From the IMG/VR virus record IMGVR_UViG_3300005683_000013: 64,000 nt of DNA; one strand, 5' to 3'. This stretch comes from an uncultured virus (IMG/VR IMGVR_UViG_3300005683_000013). Its lineage: Duplodnaviria; Heunggongvirae; Uroviricota; Caudoviricetes. Of this stretch, positions 49,865 to 59,994 are shown one piece after another. Below the pieces are notes generated by a model. The model searched no databases and had not been told where the DNA came from. It was given only the letters and a program-made list of their open reading frames with translations. Positions within the stretch are counted from its first letter, which is position 1. Each line of letters begins with the position of its first letter. The position numbers and the translations under genes were made by a program.

Positions 49865-50329
49865 ATGAAAACATCTGTTTTACGTCGATACATTAGGTTA
49901 ATTGTAGAACAACACGACAGTATAAGTGGAGAACACTCTGGCATCAAGCTCCAAGGACCTTTTAAAAAACGACAAAAAACAATCAAGAACGTAAAAACAA
50001 TTTATCGTAAATTTCCATTACAAGTTCAACCAGAATTTACAGACGTAATGGATGGCTGGGATGATTTTCTACAGTCAGACGCTCTTGAAAATGATGGTGT
50101 TATTGATATTGAGCATGAAATTGAAATTGATGTGGATGACGTAGATCCGACTGATTATTCTGTCATTGCCATTGACGGTGTGTTGATAACTCAACTTGAT
50201 GCTAATGTTGTAAAAACTGCGGCGGGCGAGTTGACATCATCTGAAATAGATGAGTTGGATTACGACAGATACCTCAATAGAAGTGAAGTCAACTCTGACG
50301 AAGACACAAGTTACGATTGGGACCGTTAA
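49865..50329 (+). CDS. Acidic hypothetical protein with shared leader
   Basis: MKTSVLRRYIRLIVE; CTACTTA upstream; terminator downstream. Confidence 0.65.
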   Translation: MKTSVLRRYIRLIVEQHDSISGEHSGIKLQGPFKKRQKTIKNVKTIYRKFPLQVQPEFTDVMDGWDDFLQSDALENDGVIDIEHEIEIDVDDVDPTDYSVIAIDGVLITQLDANVVKTAAGELTSSEIDELDYDRYLNRSEVNSDEDTSYDWDR

Positions 50330-50334
50330 ACGAC

Positions 50335-50359
50335 TGAAGGCGGGAATAACCCGCCTTCA
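50335..50359. terminator. Hairpin between convergent genes
   Basis: tgaaggcggg-aataa-cccgccttca. Confidence 0.7.
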
Positions 50360-50375
50360 ACTCACAAATAAGATA

Positions 50376-50825
50376 TCACTTTTGCGTTACTTGTATCTTT
50401 TGTGGTTGATCTTGTTTCAGAGAAAACTGAATTGTCAATACGCCGTTAGTCAAGTCTGCTTGAGCAGATTCATGATTCACGTTTGTCGGCATCATCAACC
50501 TTTCAGATTTCGAATGAATTGTCTTTCCAGACGTTAAACAAACTTCTCGTCTTGAAGAAACGACAAGTACATTTTTATCAATCTCAACTGTTAGATCTTC
50601 AAGCTTTACACCTGGAACATCTAACGACATGGTGTAGCTGTCTGCTGTCACACACGAATAAAATCTGTTAACTGGTTTTTCGTTATTATACAGTGGTGTC
50701 GTGTTAATACGTCTTATGACATCACCTCGTTGAGGAGTCCAATCAGGTAATGTAAAGGGATCGTAATTAAACATATCATTGATTGCTGAGTCGACACTAT
50801 TTGCATATATCATGTTTACCTTCAT
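50376..50825 (-). CDS. Small heat shock protein (Hsp20)
   Basis: DVPGV...ADLTNGVLTI. Confidence 0.88.
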   Translation of the reverse strand: MKVNMIYANSVDSAINDMFNYDPFTLPDWTPQRGDVIRRINTTPLYNNEKPVNRFYSCVTADSYTMSLDVPGVKLEDLTVEIDKNVLVVSSRREVCLTSGKTIHSKSERLMMPTNVNHESAQADLTNGVLTIQFSLKQDQPQKIQVTQK

Positions 50826-50886
50826 TCGTCGTTTTCCTCCATTGCGGCATGCAGATCGTAATTACTGATTTTATCGTGTACACAAT

Positions 50887-51267
50887 TTAATAACCGTTTT
50901 TTATGCGGTTAACGTTTTTTTCTCCTTTCTTCATAAATGATTCAAAAAGTTCTTGTTGAGTGACACCTGATAAAATCACCACCTCAAAGAAATAGTGTAA
51001 TGCATCGCTCAATTCTTCAACGTAATCATCTCTGTCAAATTCAGTGATTTCCGTTGCTCGATGAGATTTGCTGTTTTTTAACAACTGTCGAGCTTCATGA
51101 AGTTCATCAGCACATTCATATGAAACTTCTTTGACTAATTTTTGTCCTGATTTTGTTGATAAATCAACTGGAAAATCAGGAAACGTACGTTTCTCCTGTA
51201 AGAGACGCATAAATTGCTCTTGCTGAAGAAACATATCATCTAATCTGTCTTTAGAATCAGCCATCAA
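50887..51267 (-). CDS. MazG-like/all-alpha dNTP pyrophosphatase
   Basis: DELHEA, EELSDALHY, KNVNRIKNGY. Confidence 0.8.
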   Translation of the reverse strand: MMADSKDRLDDMFLQQEQFMRLLQEKRTFPDFPVDLSTKSGQKLVKEVSYECADELHEARQLLKNSKSHRATEITEFDRDDYVEELSDALHYFFEVVILSGVTQQELFESFMKKGEKNVNRIKNGY

Positions 51268-51505
51268 CTTTCACTTCGCCAGCATGATCTTTTGCAAACT
51301 GTAAAAGTTGTTCATGCGTCTTCTCAACGTACTCAACATATTCTTGAGTCAACTCAAGTTGATCAGGTTCCTCTTTTGATTGTTGAACCTTAATGAGGCG
51401 CATATGATCAACAACGTCAGTACCTGTCAAGAAACCCTCTTGAATAATTTGCACGATACGACGTAGCACGTTATCACTCAAACGAAATTCTTTCTTTTTG
51501 CTCAT
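51257..51505 (-). CDS. Hypothetical protein
   Basis: 82-aa ORF. Confidence 0.6.
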   Translation of the reverse strand: MSKKKEFRLSDNVLRRIVQIIQEGFLTGTDVVDHMRLIKVQQSKEEPDQLELTQEYVEYVEKTHEQLLQFAKDHAGEVKVDG

Positions 51506-51510
51506 TTTGA

Positions 51511-52131
51511 TTATTCCTTATAGATCCGATCCCCACAAATGATTTTACGAATAACATCCACAAACACAACACCTACATCTTGATTTGCATTCACAATATG
51601 ACAACTATTTTTATAGTCCTTCTGCCATAACATATAAAGTGTTTGTACTACGTATTGATAAGTGTAATCGCTTTCATACGAATCTTTTTGTTGTTCTCTG
51701 CCAAACGGTGTCCCTATCAAGATGATCGTTACGTCTGGTTGTATAATACGTCTAACCAACCATTCAGTAAACAGCAACGATGCATCATCAGCCACACCAT
51801 ATGCCCACATTGATGCAACCCAACGATCAAAGATAAGATAGTCGTTACTAGCAAGTAACTTTTTTAGTTTAAACGTCTGAAAGTAAATTTTATTGATGAA
51901 GTGAATCAATTGAAACAAGTTTGGAAATGTCCGCGCCCAACCTGTTCTCAGCATCCAATAAATCAACTTATACGTTATTCCCTCATTGTAAGGTGACTTA
52001 ACGACTACACATCGAAACCCTTTCTCACAATAAAAATCACGCAATTGTTGAACTTGAGTCGACTTACCAAGAGAATCAATTCCTTCAAACGCTATGATTT
52101 TACAATATTGTTTATTTATCATGTTGTTCAA
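51511..52131 (-). CDS. tmk: Thymidylate kinase
   Basis: FEGIDSLGKST, FDRW, PD. Confidence 0.85.
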   Translation of the reverse strand: MNNMINKQYCKIIAFEGIDSLGKSTQVQQLRDFYCEKGFRCVVVKSPYNEGITYKLIYWMLRTGWARTFPNLFQLIHFINKIYFQTFKLKKLLASNDYLIFDRWVASMWAYGVADDASLLFTEWLVRRIIQPDVTIILIGTPFGREQQKDSYESDYTYQYVVQTLYMLWQKDYKNSCHIVNANQDVGVVFVDVIRKIICGDRIYKE

Positions 52132-52870
52132 CTATCTCAAGAGGTCTAAGAACTGGAGACACTAAATCGAACGTTGCTTTAGCATACTCTCTAATTTCTT
52201 GTTGAGCATGACTATTCATCAAACGTTGTTCCCAAAAATAAATCAAACACTGCAAACTACACGTCCAAACACATTCTGAATAGATCGTCTGTGGTAACAA
52301 TCCACGAACTTGTTCTTTTGCCGCGCCAGCATCAACTAACGTTTTGTAGTTCTTGTACTGATTCAAACACGATTGTTTGAAAAATTCAACAGGTGCAAGT
52401 CCATCAATAAAAACATCAGAAAGAACGCCATCGCTCCCCTGCTTGTTTGACTTTGATTGCTTTCTAATTTCTGATGGAACATAAAATTCTGGCTCAAATT
52501 CAACGTATCGACCACTCATTTCATTCCAATTTGTCTCAGGAATTTCAATTGTGCCAACGTTTTCAGATTCTAACCAGTCACAGCCTATTTGATGTTTCCA
52601 CCATTGTCGGAAAACAATCAATGGTGCTTTGACACGAAAAGAAAAATATGAGTGTCTAAACGTAGAATAATGTTGATGTTTCAAAAGATAGTTGATTAAT
52701 TTGACGTCATCTTGTGAAAGAGTGTCAACTTCTTTATGAAAAGAAACGCGAGCAGCATTAACGATCTTTAATTTTGGATCTTGAATCATGCCATCAAAAA
52801 ATTGAACATGACCGTGATCTAAAACTTGACGTGAATCAAAGTAATTTCGTAAGTCAAAGTTATCATTCAT
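52112..52870 (-). CDS. thyX: Flavin-dependent thymidylate synthase
   Basis: AARVS, HYSTFRH, RQWWKH, NEMSGRY, AQQEIR. Confidence 0.9.
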   Translation of the reverse strand: MNDNFDLRNYFDSRQVLDHGHVQFFDGMIQDPKLKIVNAARVSFHKEVDTLSQDDVKLINYLLKHQHYSTFRHSYFSFRVKAPLIVFRQWWKHQIGCDWLESENVGTIEIPETNWNEMSGRYVEFEPEFYVPSEIRKQSKSNKQGSDGVLSDVFIDGLAPVEFFKQSCLNQYKNYKTLVDAGAAKEQVRGLLPQTIYSECVWTCSLQCLIYFWEQRLMNSHAQQEIREYAKATFDLVSPVLRPLEIVEQHDK

Positions 52871-52899
52871 TCTCGAACGCCTTTCGAATATTTACAGAT

Positions 52900-53502
52900 A
52901 TGCAAGTTTTACGTGAATACATCAGACAATTTATCTTTGAGGATCGAGCATGGAAACGCGCGGGACTACAATTTGACCCACTTGGCCCATTAAAAAAATG
53001 GGCAGGAAAAGGAACATTTGTACATTTTGGGAATATCAACAAACTAGGGATCAACCCACAATTTCAATACATTTACCCATTTGGTATTCACTCGTATATT
53101 TTTACGACAGAACTTCTAGACAAGATTCTCAATAACTCAGTTCCATTTGCCGGTCATAGAGAATATATCCATATTTTTAAGCCTGTATTACCATCACTTG
53201 TCATTACAAAAGAAAATTTTTCTGAAGATGATTACGAATATTACGTTAGCATGCTAAAAGACATGGGTAAACATATTCCAGAAATGTCATCTCAAGAATC
53301 TCCAATCGAACGCTTCATGAAACTGACAAAACAAATATCAGGTGGTAACAACTACGTTCAATGGGGAATGTTATTTAGAAAACTTGGTATCGAGGGTCTT
53401 GTTGATAAAAAAAGAAACCTAGCTGTGTTTTTTGGTAAGGACACAATTAAACATCTCGACACAGTGATGAATCCTCACTTCTCAAAAGAAGAAGATTATT
53501 GA
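52900..53502 (+). CDS. Hypothetical protein with shared leader, possibly ART-like
   Basis: MQVLREYIRQFIFE; FVHF..KLGINP..PFGIHSY; ATATTTA upstream. Confidence 0.55.
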   Translation: MQVLREYIRQFIFEDRAWKRAGLQFDPLGPLKKWAGKGTFVHFGNINKLGINPQFQYIYPFGIHSYIFTTELLDKILNNSVPFAGHREYIHIFKPVLPSLVITKENFSEDDYEYYVSMLKDMGKHIPEMSSQESPIERFMKLTKQISGGNNYVQWGMLFRKLGIEGLVDKKRNLAVFFGKDTIKHLDTVMNPHFSKEEDY

Positions 53503-53840
53503 AACGTAAATTGATCAAGACAGATTTTTGCATCTGTCTTGATTGTCTGATTGGCATGCATTTTTATAATTGACAGCAACTGTAGTTTTACATCTTGTGA
53601 AAAGACAACGTTTGTCGTAACAAACAAAACTCGCAAACCAAATATTGCAGAACTCACAACGTCATCAACGTCTGATTTCAATTGTTTCAGTAGTAGTGTC
53701 TGTGCCATCTGAGTGTCACTCAATAATGGTATGGCATCTGTGGCATAGACAACTTCTTTGTCACTCAAAGAATTTTCTACAATGGCTCTATGCAATTCTA
53801 ACGGCCATTGTGTGGCATATGTCCAATACTTGAAAAACAT
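53496..53840 (-). CDS. HEAT-like hypothetical protein
   Basis: Helical repeat pattern. Confidence 0.45.
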   Translation of the reverse strand: MFFKYWTYATQWPLELHRAIVENSLSDKEVVYATDAIPLLSDTQMAQTLLLKQLKSDVDDVVSSAIFGLRVLFVTTNVVFSQDVKLQLLSIIKMHANQTIKTDAKICLDQFTFQ

Positions 53841-53854
53841 GTTACCTCATACAA

Positions 53855-53878
53855 GAAATGGGTCAAACGACCCATTTC
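53855..53878. terminator. Intergenic hairpin
   Basis: gaaatgggtc-aaac-gacccatttc. Confidence 0.55.
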
Positions 53879-53906
53879 AAACGTACTTTATTTTATGTAG
53901 CTTGTA

Positions 53907-54296
53907 TTAAAATCTTGGCGGAGCGATTGTTTTACGTTGATCTGGATTCGGACCAGTGTCTGGTCTATCGTCAAATGATGTTTGTACATCACCAACTTTT
54001 GCTGTTCTCACAGCAGAACTAACTGATTTATCAATCAATATACGAAGCTCATGTTCAAATTGAGCGGCGGCGTCACTGACATGTTCTCTAACGGTTGACG
54101 CGATAGATTGACGTGTTCTATTATCTGCACCTTTTCCGCCGTTCTGATCAACGATCATATTTGACACAGCGGTTGGAAATGCATTTGCCAACCGCTGAAA
54201 TCCGTCTTTGAGAGTGCTATTTGACATAGCTCCAGAAGAATACGGAGTAAATTCTTCTCTAATCAAACGCTTTAGTTCTTTCACTTTGATCTTCAT
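53907..54296 (-). CDS. Hypothetical protein with shared leader
   Basis: MKIKVKELKRLIREE. Confidence 0.6.
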   Translation of the reverse strand: MKIKVKELKRLIREEFTPYSSGAMSNSTLKDGFQRLANAFPTAVSNMIVDQNGGKGADNRTRQSIASTVREHVSDAAAQFEHELRILIDKSVSSAVRTAKVGDVQTSFDDRPDTGPNPDQRKTIAPPRF

Positions 54297-54424
54297 GCTT
54301 GCACTTTCGAAAACCTCTGTTGACTTAAAGAGGTTGCTGACGTATCTTAAATATTGCATGAGAACAATATACTCCGTTAATAAATTGAACATCATTCTCA
54401 TGCAACACCCAAAATCTGACTAAA

Positions 54425-56641
54425 TCATCCGCATCGAGAATTTCCACAAGCGGAACACTTAACACAACCTTCTTGATAAATAAGCGTTCCTTCAGCACCA
54501 CAGACATCACACTTCTTTTCTGAAGTTGATTTGACTCCATCTGGGATGTATGCCTTTAGAACTCTTGCGATCACTCTAGCAAATGATGTCATGTCGCTAT
54601 ATTTGTCTTTTTGCAGTTGTTCAACAATGTATTGAACAGGAACATTATGTCGTAACAGCAATGATAACATTCTTGTTAGCGCGCCCTGTGTTGGATTGTC
54701 AAACAATTGAACAATGTCTTTGAACACAAAATCGTCTTCACCAACAGTGATCTTAAGATTATACGACGTTATTCCGTCTTTCTTGCCGTTTTTCACAAGA
54801 ATTCCATGTTTGATTTTTTTTGACACTTCGACAAGCGACGATAATCCGCCAAAGACTTCGTAAGGTTTACCATTTAATAAACCAACAAGAATTGTCCAGG
54901 ACTCACCTGCAATTTTCACTTGTTTAATGTCGCAAGGTAATTCCTTATGACGTTTAAGTGCATGATTCTCTTCTATGATAGAACGTTCTTGAACTGGCTT
55001 TGGATTTTTACGAGATTCGTAATATTCTTTAATTTGTTTCAGCGTTGTTTTATAACCTGATGGCATGTTTCGAAAATACTTTTCGCCTATGCCTAACATC
55101 TTTTCAATTTCTGCATCAGGAACAGCATCATATCGACCAGGAATGTCAATCTGAACCTTCCCATCATCAGACACTAAAACACCGTCCCTAGATTTATCTC
55201 GATAAACAGTGATGCCTTTACACCCAGATTTCCAAGCCTCAAGATACACTTGTGAAACTAGATCATGTGATGCATTCTGTGGAAGATTTACTGTTTTTGA
55301 AATACTATGACAAATCCATTTTTGAGCTGTTGCTTGCAACTTGACAGTCATCATCCAATCAATGTCATTACTAAGCGCTTTATGATATGGAGAATCTTTT
55401 ACGTCAGTTTTTCCTGTGACGTCCATCCATTGTTTAAACGCATGATGATAAACTGTGTGATTTGTCCATTTATCACCCATAGCATCAACAAAATCAACTT
55501 TTGAATCAATGTCATTAGGATTTTGTTTTTTACGTCGAGTATATGATAACATAAACGCTGGTTCAATCCCACTAGTTGTTTGTGTTAGTGTAGACAGTGA
55601 ACCAACAGGTGCGGTCGTCGTATTTGCGATGTTACGTCTACCAAATTTCTTATAGCGTTCAGACAGTTCAGAATCTTGAGACATTATTCGTTGAATGAAC
55701 GGATGTTGATGTTCTAGTTCATAATCGTATACTGCGAACGGGCCACGTTCCTCAGCCATTTTGACGCTTGAACGATATGATGCAAGCGCAAGAGCACGAT
55801 AAATTTTATCAGTCCATTCAATTGATTCTTCAGACCCGTACCTCACGTTCAACATTGCAAGAGCATCGCCGAGACCAGTTGGACCGAGACCAGTTCGTCT
55901 TCCATTTACACATGCACTTCGAATTTTTTTCCAAAGTTCAAGTTCTATTGTTTTGACGTATTCGCTTTCTGGATCTGTTTGCACTTTATTAATGATCTTG
56001 TCAATCATTTCAATTTCAAGATCAACAATATCATCTAACAATCTTTGACCTATTTGAGCACATTCATCAAATTTTTCAAAATTGAATGTTGGGTTGTTTG
56101 TAAACGCACCATCAACAAAATGTGTTAGATCGATTGCTAACAACCTACATGAGTCTCCCATTGAAAGTGCAAGCTCTGCGCATGGATTTGTGCTTACAGT
56201 TTTAAATCCAAAATCTTTGTAGATATCAGCAACACCGTTATTGATCATTGCATCCCAAAACAACCCACCTGGTTCTGCAGAATCCCATCCTGCATCAATA
56301 AATTGTTCCCAAACGTCTCTTGCACGAACAACTTTTGTAATTTTTGCTTGTTCAATTGGAACGTCTATAGGCCATTGCAACGTAAAATCTGTGTCTTTGT
56401 CAACTGCCTCCATAAACTCATCACAAAGTTTAATTGAAATATTTGCGCCGGTGACGCGTGTTCTATCACGTTTAATGTGAATAAATGTTTCAATCTCTGG
56501 ATGATTGCAATTTGATGTATAAAAACCGTTTGCAAGAATTCTATGTGTATCTTTTACTGTAAAATCATAACTAGGGCCTCGACCAATAGATTTAATACTT
56601 TTAATTTTTGACGTGCTCTTGATAACTCTAATCACTTCCAT
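54425..56641 (-). CDS. nrdJ: Class II ribonucleotide reductase C-part with IntC (56510-56641)
   Basis: GFYTSN/CNHPEI; TNPCAE, RRTGLG, TTAPVGS, SGIEP, KGITVYRD, C-terminal Zn ribbon. Confidence 0.92.
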   Translation of the reverse strand: MEVIRVIKSTSKIKSIKSIGRGPSYDFTVKDTHRILANGFYTSNCNHPEIETFIHIKRDRTRVTGANISIKLCDEFMEAVDKDTDFTLQWPIDVPIEQAKITKVVRARDVWEQFIDAGWDSAEPGGLFWDAMINNGVADIYKDFGFKTVSTNPCAELALSMGDSCRLLAIDLTHFVDGAFTNNPTFNFEKFDECAQIGQRLLDDIVDLEIEMIDKIINKVQTDPESEYVKTIELELWKKIRSACVNGRRTGLGPTGLGDALAMLNVRYGSEESIEWTDKIYRALALASYRSSVKMAEERGPFAVYDYELEHQHPFIQRIMSQDSELSERYKKFGRRNIANTTTAPVGSLSTLTQTTSGIEPAFMLSYTRRKKQNPNDIDSKVDFVDAMGDKWTNHTVYHHAFKQWMDVTGKTDVKDSPYHKALSNDIDWMMTVKLQATAQKWICHSISKTVNLPQNASHDLVSQVYLEAWKSGCKGITVYRDKSRDGVLVSDDGKVQIDIPGRYDAVPDAEIEKMLGIGEKYFRNMPSGYKTTLKQIKEYYESRKNPKPVQERSIIEENHALKRHKELPCDIKQVKIAGESWTILVGLLNGKPYEVFGGLSSLVEVSKKIKHGILVKNGKKDGITSYNLKITVGEDDFVFKDIVQLFDNPTQGALTRMLSLLLRHNVPVQYIVEQLQKDKYSDMTSFARVIARVLKAYIPDGVKSTSEKKCDVCGAEGTLIYQEGCVKCSACGNSRCG

Positions 56642-57584
56642 TTAAAATCTCCATAATTTTGTTTTTAACAACATCAAAATTACAATGGATGTCATGTTCC
56701 CAAAATTCAACGTATTTGTAATCATTATCAATTGCAATTTGTTCTTTTATTTTATCATCTTGTCTTTTAGCGATTTGATGATCACGTAACAACTTTAAAC
56801 CATCACCGTAAAACCTAGGATTTCCATGCCAAAAATCACCTTGCACTTCAATTATTGTTTTTTTGTCGTAAATAACAAAATCATATTGTCGTTTCTGTAA
56901 AATAAATGAATATTTGAAATTAGCATTAACTTCGATTAGAAATTTTTCAATTTTTTCTTCAATTTCTGTTTTCTTGATTTTACAAGCCAAAAATTGAGCC
57001 TGTGAAGCTGCCTTAATTTTTTCAATCGTTTCACTACTGTATATGCCTGTCTTACCTTTGTTCCATGGAATATAATTTCTATGAAAAAGCATATCATTTA
57101 TTTTTCTAGTTAGTATGCGTCGATTCGTAATTTCATCTTTATTTTCAGAACTGCACCAATGTGTTTCGGCAATAGCTAAACCAATTTCTTTATTGATTGA
57201 TTCAGCACATTGTGTGCTACAACATCCTCTCAATTTTTTTGATTTTTTACATTGAATACCACATTTTTTACAGTTTCTAATCGATCGAGATAAAGCAGAA
57301 AGTTGTTTTTTTTCATTTATAACTTTATCTCGATCGATTTTTGACGCAAATTTTTTTACAATAATTTTTTTGCGAGAAATTTTTGCCGTCTTCCAATCGA
57401 CACAAAACATTTCCTTTCCAATAAGGATATCACACAATTGTTGATTATTGTAATTTAGTGCTCTAATTAAACTTGTTCCAGTTCTAAACTTATTTGTTTT
57501 AATTCCTTGATATTCAACAACTTCAGGTAATTCAAACCATAATAAATCAAATGATTCTTTTAATAATTTCAGGGTGATTGACAT
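56628..57584 (-). CDS. Homing endonuclease, Vsr/DUF559-like, with NUMOD3-type motif
   Basis: PWNKGKTG, YDFVI, IEVQGDFWH, FWE. Confidence 0.82.
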   Translation of the reverse strand: MSITLKLLKESFDLLWFELPEVVEYQGIKTNKFRTGTSLIRALNYNNQQLCDILIGKEMFCVDWKTAKISRKKIIVKKFASKIDRDKVINEKKQLSALSRSIRNCKKCGIQCKKSKKLRGCCSTQCAESINKEIGLAIAETHWCSSENKDEITNRRILTRKINDMLFHRNYIPWNKGKTGIYSSETIEKIKAASQAQFLACKIKKTEIEEKIEKFLIEVNANFKYSFILQKRQYDFVIYDKKTIIEVQGDFWHGNPRFYGDGLKLLRDHQIAKRQDDKIKEQIAIDNDYKYVEFWEHDIHCNFDVVKNKIMEILNGSD

Positions 57585-57596
57585 ATATCATATATA

Positions 57597-58484
57597 TCAG
57601 CCCTCACTAAGTGTTGTATCATAAAACACTAACTCTTCTTTTTCAACGTCAACGTATTTAATTTCTTTCAAATATTCTTCACCAGTATCAATGTTTTTGA
57701 CAACAAATTTATGATCTGATGTAACCTTGATAGTTTTACCATTTTCGGTCTCAATTTCATACAATTCGCTATCTTCAAATTTTTGATACGCTTCGATTTC
57801 TTTCCATCCTTCATGTGTCCAAACCTTACCAGAATATTGTGTATCGACAACGTTGTCAATTCTTTGCCATCCATCTTGAGTCAAAACATTTGTTGACCCT
57901 TCGAAACATTGAATAGTCAACATGAGCGCGCCGCGTCTTCCACCTTGAGCAACTTCACGACAAGTGTTACTGTATCTATCCATAAACACAGCAATTCCAT
58001 CAGTTGTACCGGCCGCATTTGCAGTTGGCATTCCCTTGGGTCTAATTGATGATATGTCAAATCCGACGCCGCCTCGGCGCTTCATGATTTGTGCCTCTTG
58101 TTGATCAGTATAGAAGATTCCAGCATATGAATCTTCTGGTGATGCAACAACAAAACAATTTGAAATGCTTTGAATCTTGTATGGGTTACCAATACCAGAT
58201 AACGGGCTTCCTTGCGGAACGATTGGGCCCATGCCTAATCTTCCTGGACGTTTACACATATAAGAGTAAATTTGTTCACTAGAAAGAGGATTCGGATATC
58301 TTGCTTCAATGCGAGCAAGTTCAGGTGCAATACGATTCTTGAACATGTCATCAGGATCTGATTCAAGAATCGTATTTTCATTATCTCTCAATGCATATTT
58401 TCCTAAAAAAACATCTGGAGCTACAGTGTCATCTGGAAAATACGCTTGTGTGCTGTGCTTTGCTTCGTCGTAAGTTAATTTCAT
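57597..58484 (-). CDS. nrdJ: Class II ribonucleotide reductase N-part with IntN (57597-57908)
   Basis: SNCFV, GGVG, QGGRRGALMLTIQ/CFEGST...VTSDHKF. Confidence 0.92.
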   Translation of the reverse strand: MKLTYDEAKHSTQAYFPDDTVAPDVFLGKYALRDNENTILESDPDDMFKNRIAPELARIEARYPNPLSSEQIYSYMCKRPGRLGMGPIVPQGSPLSGIGNPYKIQSISNCFVVASPEDSYAGIFYTDQQEAQIMKRRGGVGFDISSIRPKGMPTANAAGTTDGIAVFMDRYSNTCREVAQGGRRGALMLTIQCFEGSTNVLTQDGWQRIDNVVDTQYSGKVWTHEGWKEIEAYQKFEDSELYEIETENGKTIKVTSDHKFVVKNIDTGEEYLKEIKYVDVEKEELVFYDTTLSEG

Positions 58485-58505
58485 ATATTTCCTCGTCTAA
58501 CAACG

Positions 58506-59909
58506 TTACGAAACTTCCTTTATTTCAATCCTGCTATTGAAATGTTGAAGTTTGTCTTTTATCGCCTTTTTTAGATCTTGTTCATTTTGAATCGTTGCGT
58601 CGGTTGCTGACATTGGCGTGGTTTTTTCACCAATAATTTCAAACTTTGATCGAGCAGTATCAATTTTTACTGGAAAAATTATGCCGTCTCTTCCGGCACG
58701 ATTTTTTGCAACATACAACCGACCAAATCCCGATGCTTTTTCAACTGATCTTCTAGAAATAGTGATGACAAAATCATCAATGAAAGCTTTTCCATAACCT
58801 TCACTCATGTTTGTCAAATCGATTATTTCGCTGTCTGCACCCTCTTTGTTTGATTGACTCGCGGTAAAAATAGGTATCCCCAGCTCACCAGCATAACCAC
58901 GTAATTCTTCATGTATTAATTTTAGTTCATGACGCAATGAATCATATTGACGTGTTGATCTCATGATATCAGCATAGTCAACAATGATTAAGTCAGGTCT
59001 AAATCCCTTTAGAGCGCATCTCTCAACGTGTGATCTAATGGTTAAAATTGATGCAGAATTCGTGGGAAAGTATTTGATCTTTAGACGACCTAATTTTGCT
59101 TGTTCTTTTGTATAATACTCAATAACTTTTTCTTTGTTAGCAATAATTTCATTACTATCGATGTCACAAAAGTTTGAGTCATATCGAATTCCAACTTTTT
59201 CTTCACTCAATTCAAACGTGTAATGCAATACATTGTACTTGTTTCGAATTGCGTTTGCTCCGATTGTCGTTAAAAAGTGAGATTTGCCTGCACCAGTGGC
59301 GCCAATGCAACACAACAACTCGCCTTTTCCCATTCCACCCTGAAGAACATCTTTTGCATCTAACTCTGGAATTCCTGTCGGGACCACACAACGATTGATT
59401 AGAGTAAATCTTGATTCCAATTCATCAAAAAAATCGTGTCCAAGCGATGGCATCGTACCGACAGAAACTGCTGTTTTGATAATATCAACAATTGATTCAT
59501 ATTTTTCAGTCTCAATCAAATCAACTGCTTTATCCATTGCGCCTTTAAGCGCTTGCTTTCGACAAAAATCTAATGACTTATCTTTGACCATGGGCAAATC
59601 GCCTGGATCTGGATTTGTCTTTGTTCTTTGTAAATAATCAATTATTTGATCTCTTAATTGAATGTCTTGACCGGATTTTAGATCATCTTTAATAATCGTG
59701 ACTAGTAATTGCAAAGATGGATAATCTTTGTATTTTCTTGCATACTTGAAGTATGCGTCGGACAAATACTGTAGATACTTTAGTTCAAAATATCTCGTAT
59801 CAAAGACTTCAACCATTTGCTCTGCCCATTTTTTATCAGTGAGCAATGCTTGCATGATTTTTTCTTGAAACGACTTTCCGTATTTACCAAATGTATCAAT
59901 TTCTGTCAT
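58506..59909 (-). CDS. dnaB: Replicative DnaB/gp41-like helicase
   Basis: GATGAGKS, IVDYAD, TASQ, AKNR. Confidence 0.9.
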   Translation of the reverse strand: MTEIDTFGKYGKSFQEKIMQALLTDKKWAEQMVEVFDTRYFELKYLQYLSDAYFKYARKYKDYPSLQLLVTIIKDDLKSGQDIQLRDQIIDYLQRTKTNPDPGDLPMVKDKSLDFCRKQALKGAMDKAVDLIETEKYESIVDIIKTAVSVGTMPSLGHDFFDELESRFTLINRCVVPTGIPELDAKDVLQGGMGKGELLCCIGATGAGKSHFLTTIGANAIRNKYNVLHYTFELSEEKVGIRYDSNFCDIDSNEIIANKEKVIEYYTKEQAKLGRLKIKYFPTNSASILTIRSHVERCALKGFRPDLIIVDYADIMRSTRQYDSLRHELKLIHEELRGYAGELGIPIFTASQSNKEGADSEIIDLTNMSEGYGKAFIDDFVITISRRSVEKASGFGRLYVAKNRAGRDGIIFPVKIDTARSKFEIIGEKTTPMSATDATIQNEQDLKKAIKDKLQHFNSRIEIKEVS

Positions 59910-59994
59910 ATGAGCCTTTCGTAAAACAGTTCAAGCAAAGAAAATTCCGTTCTTTGCTTGATTATTCAATAAACTGTAAAATTGTTTTATGTGT

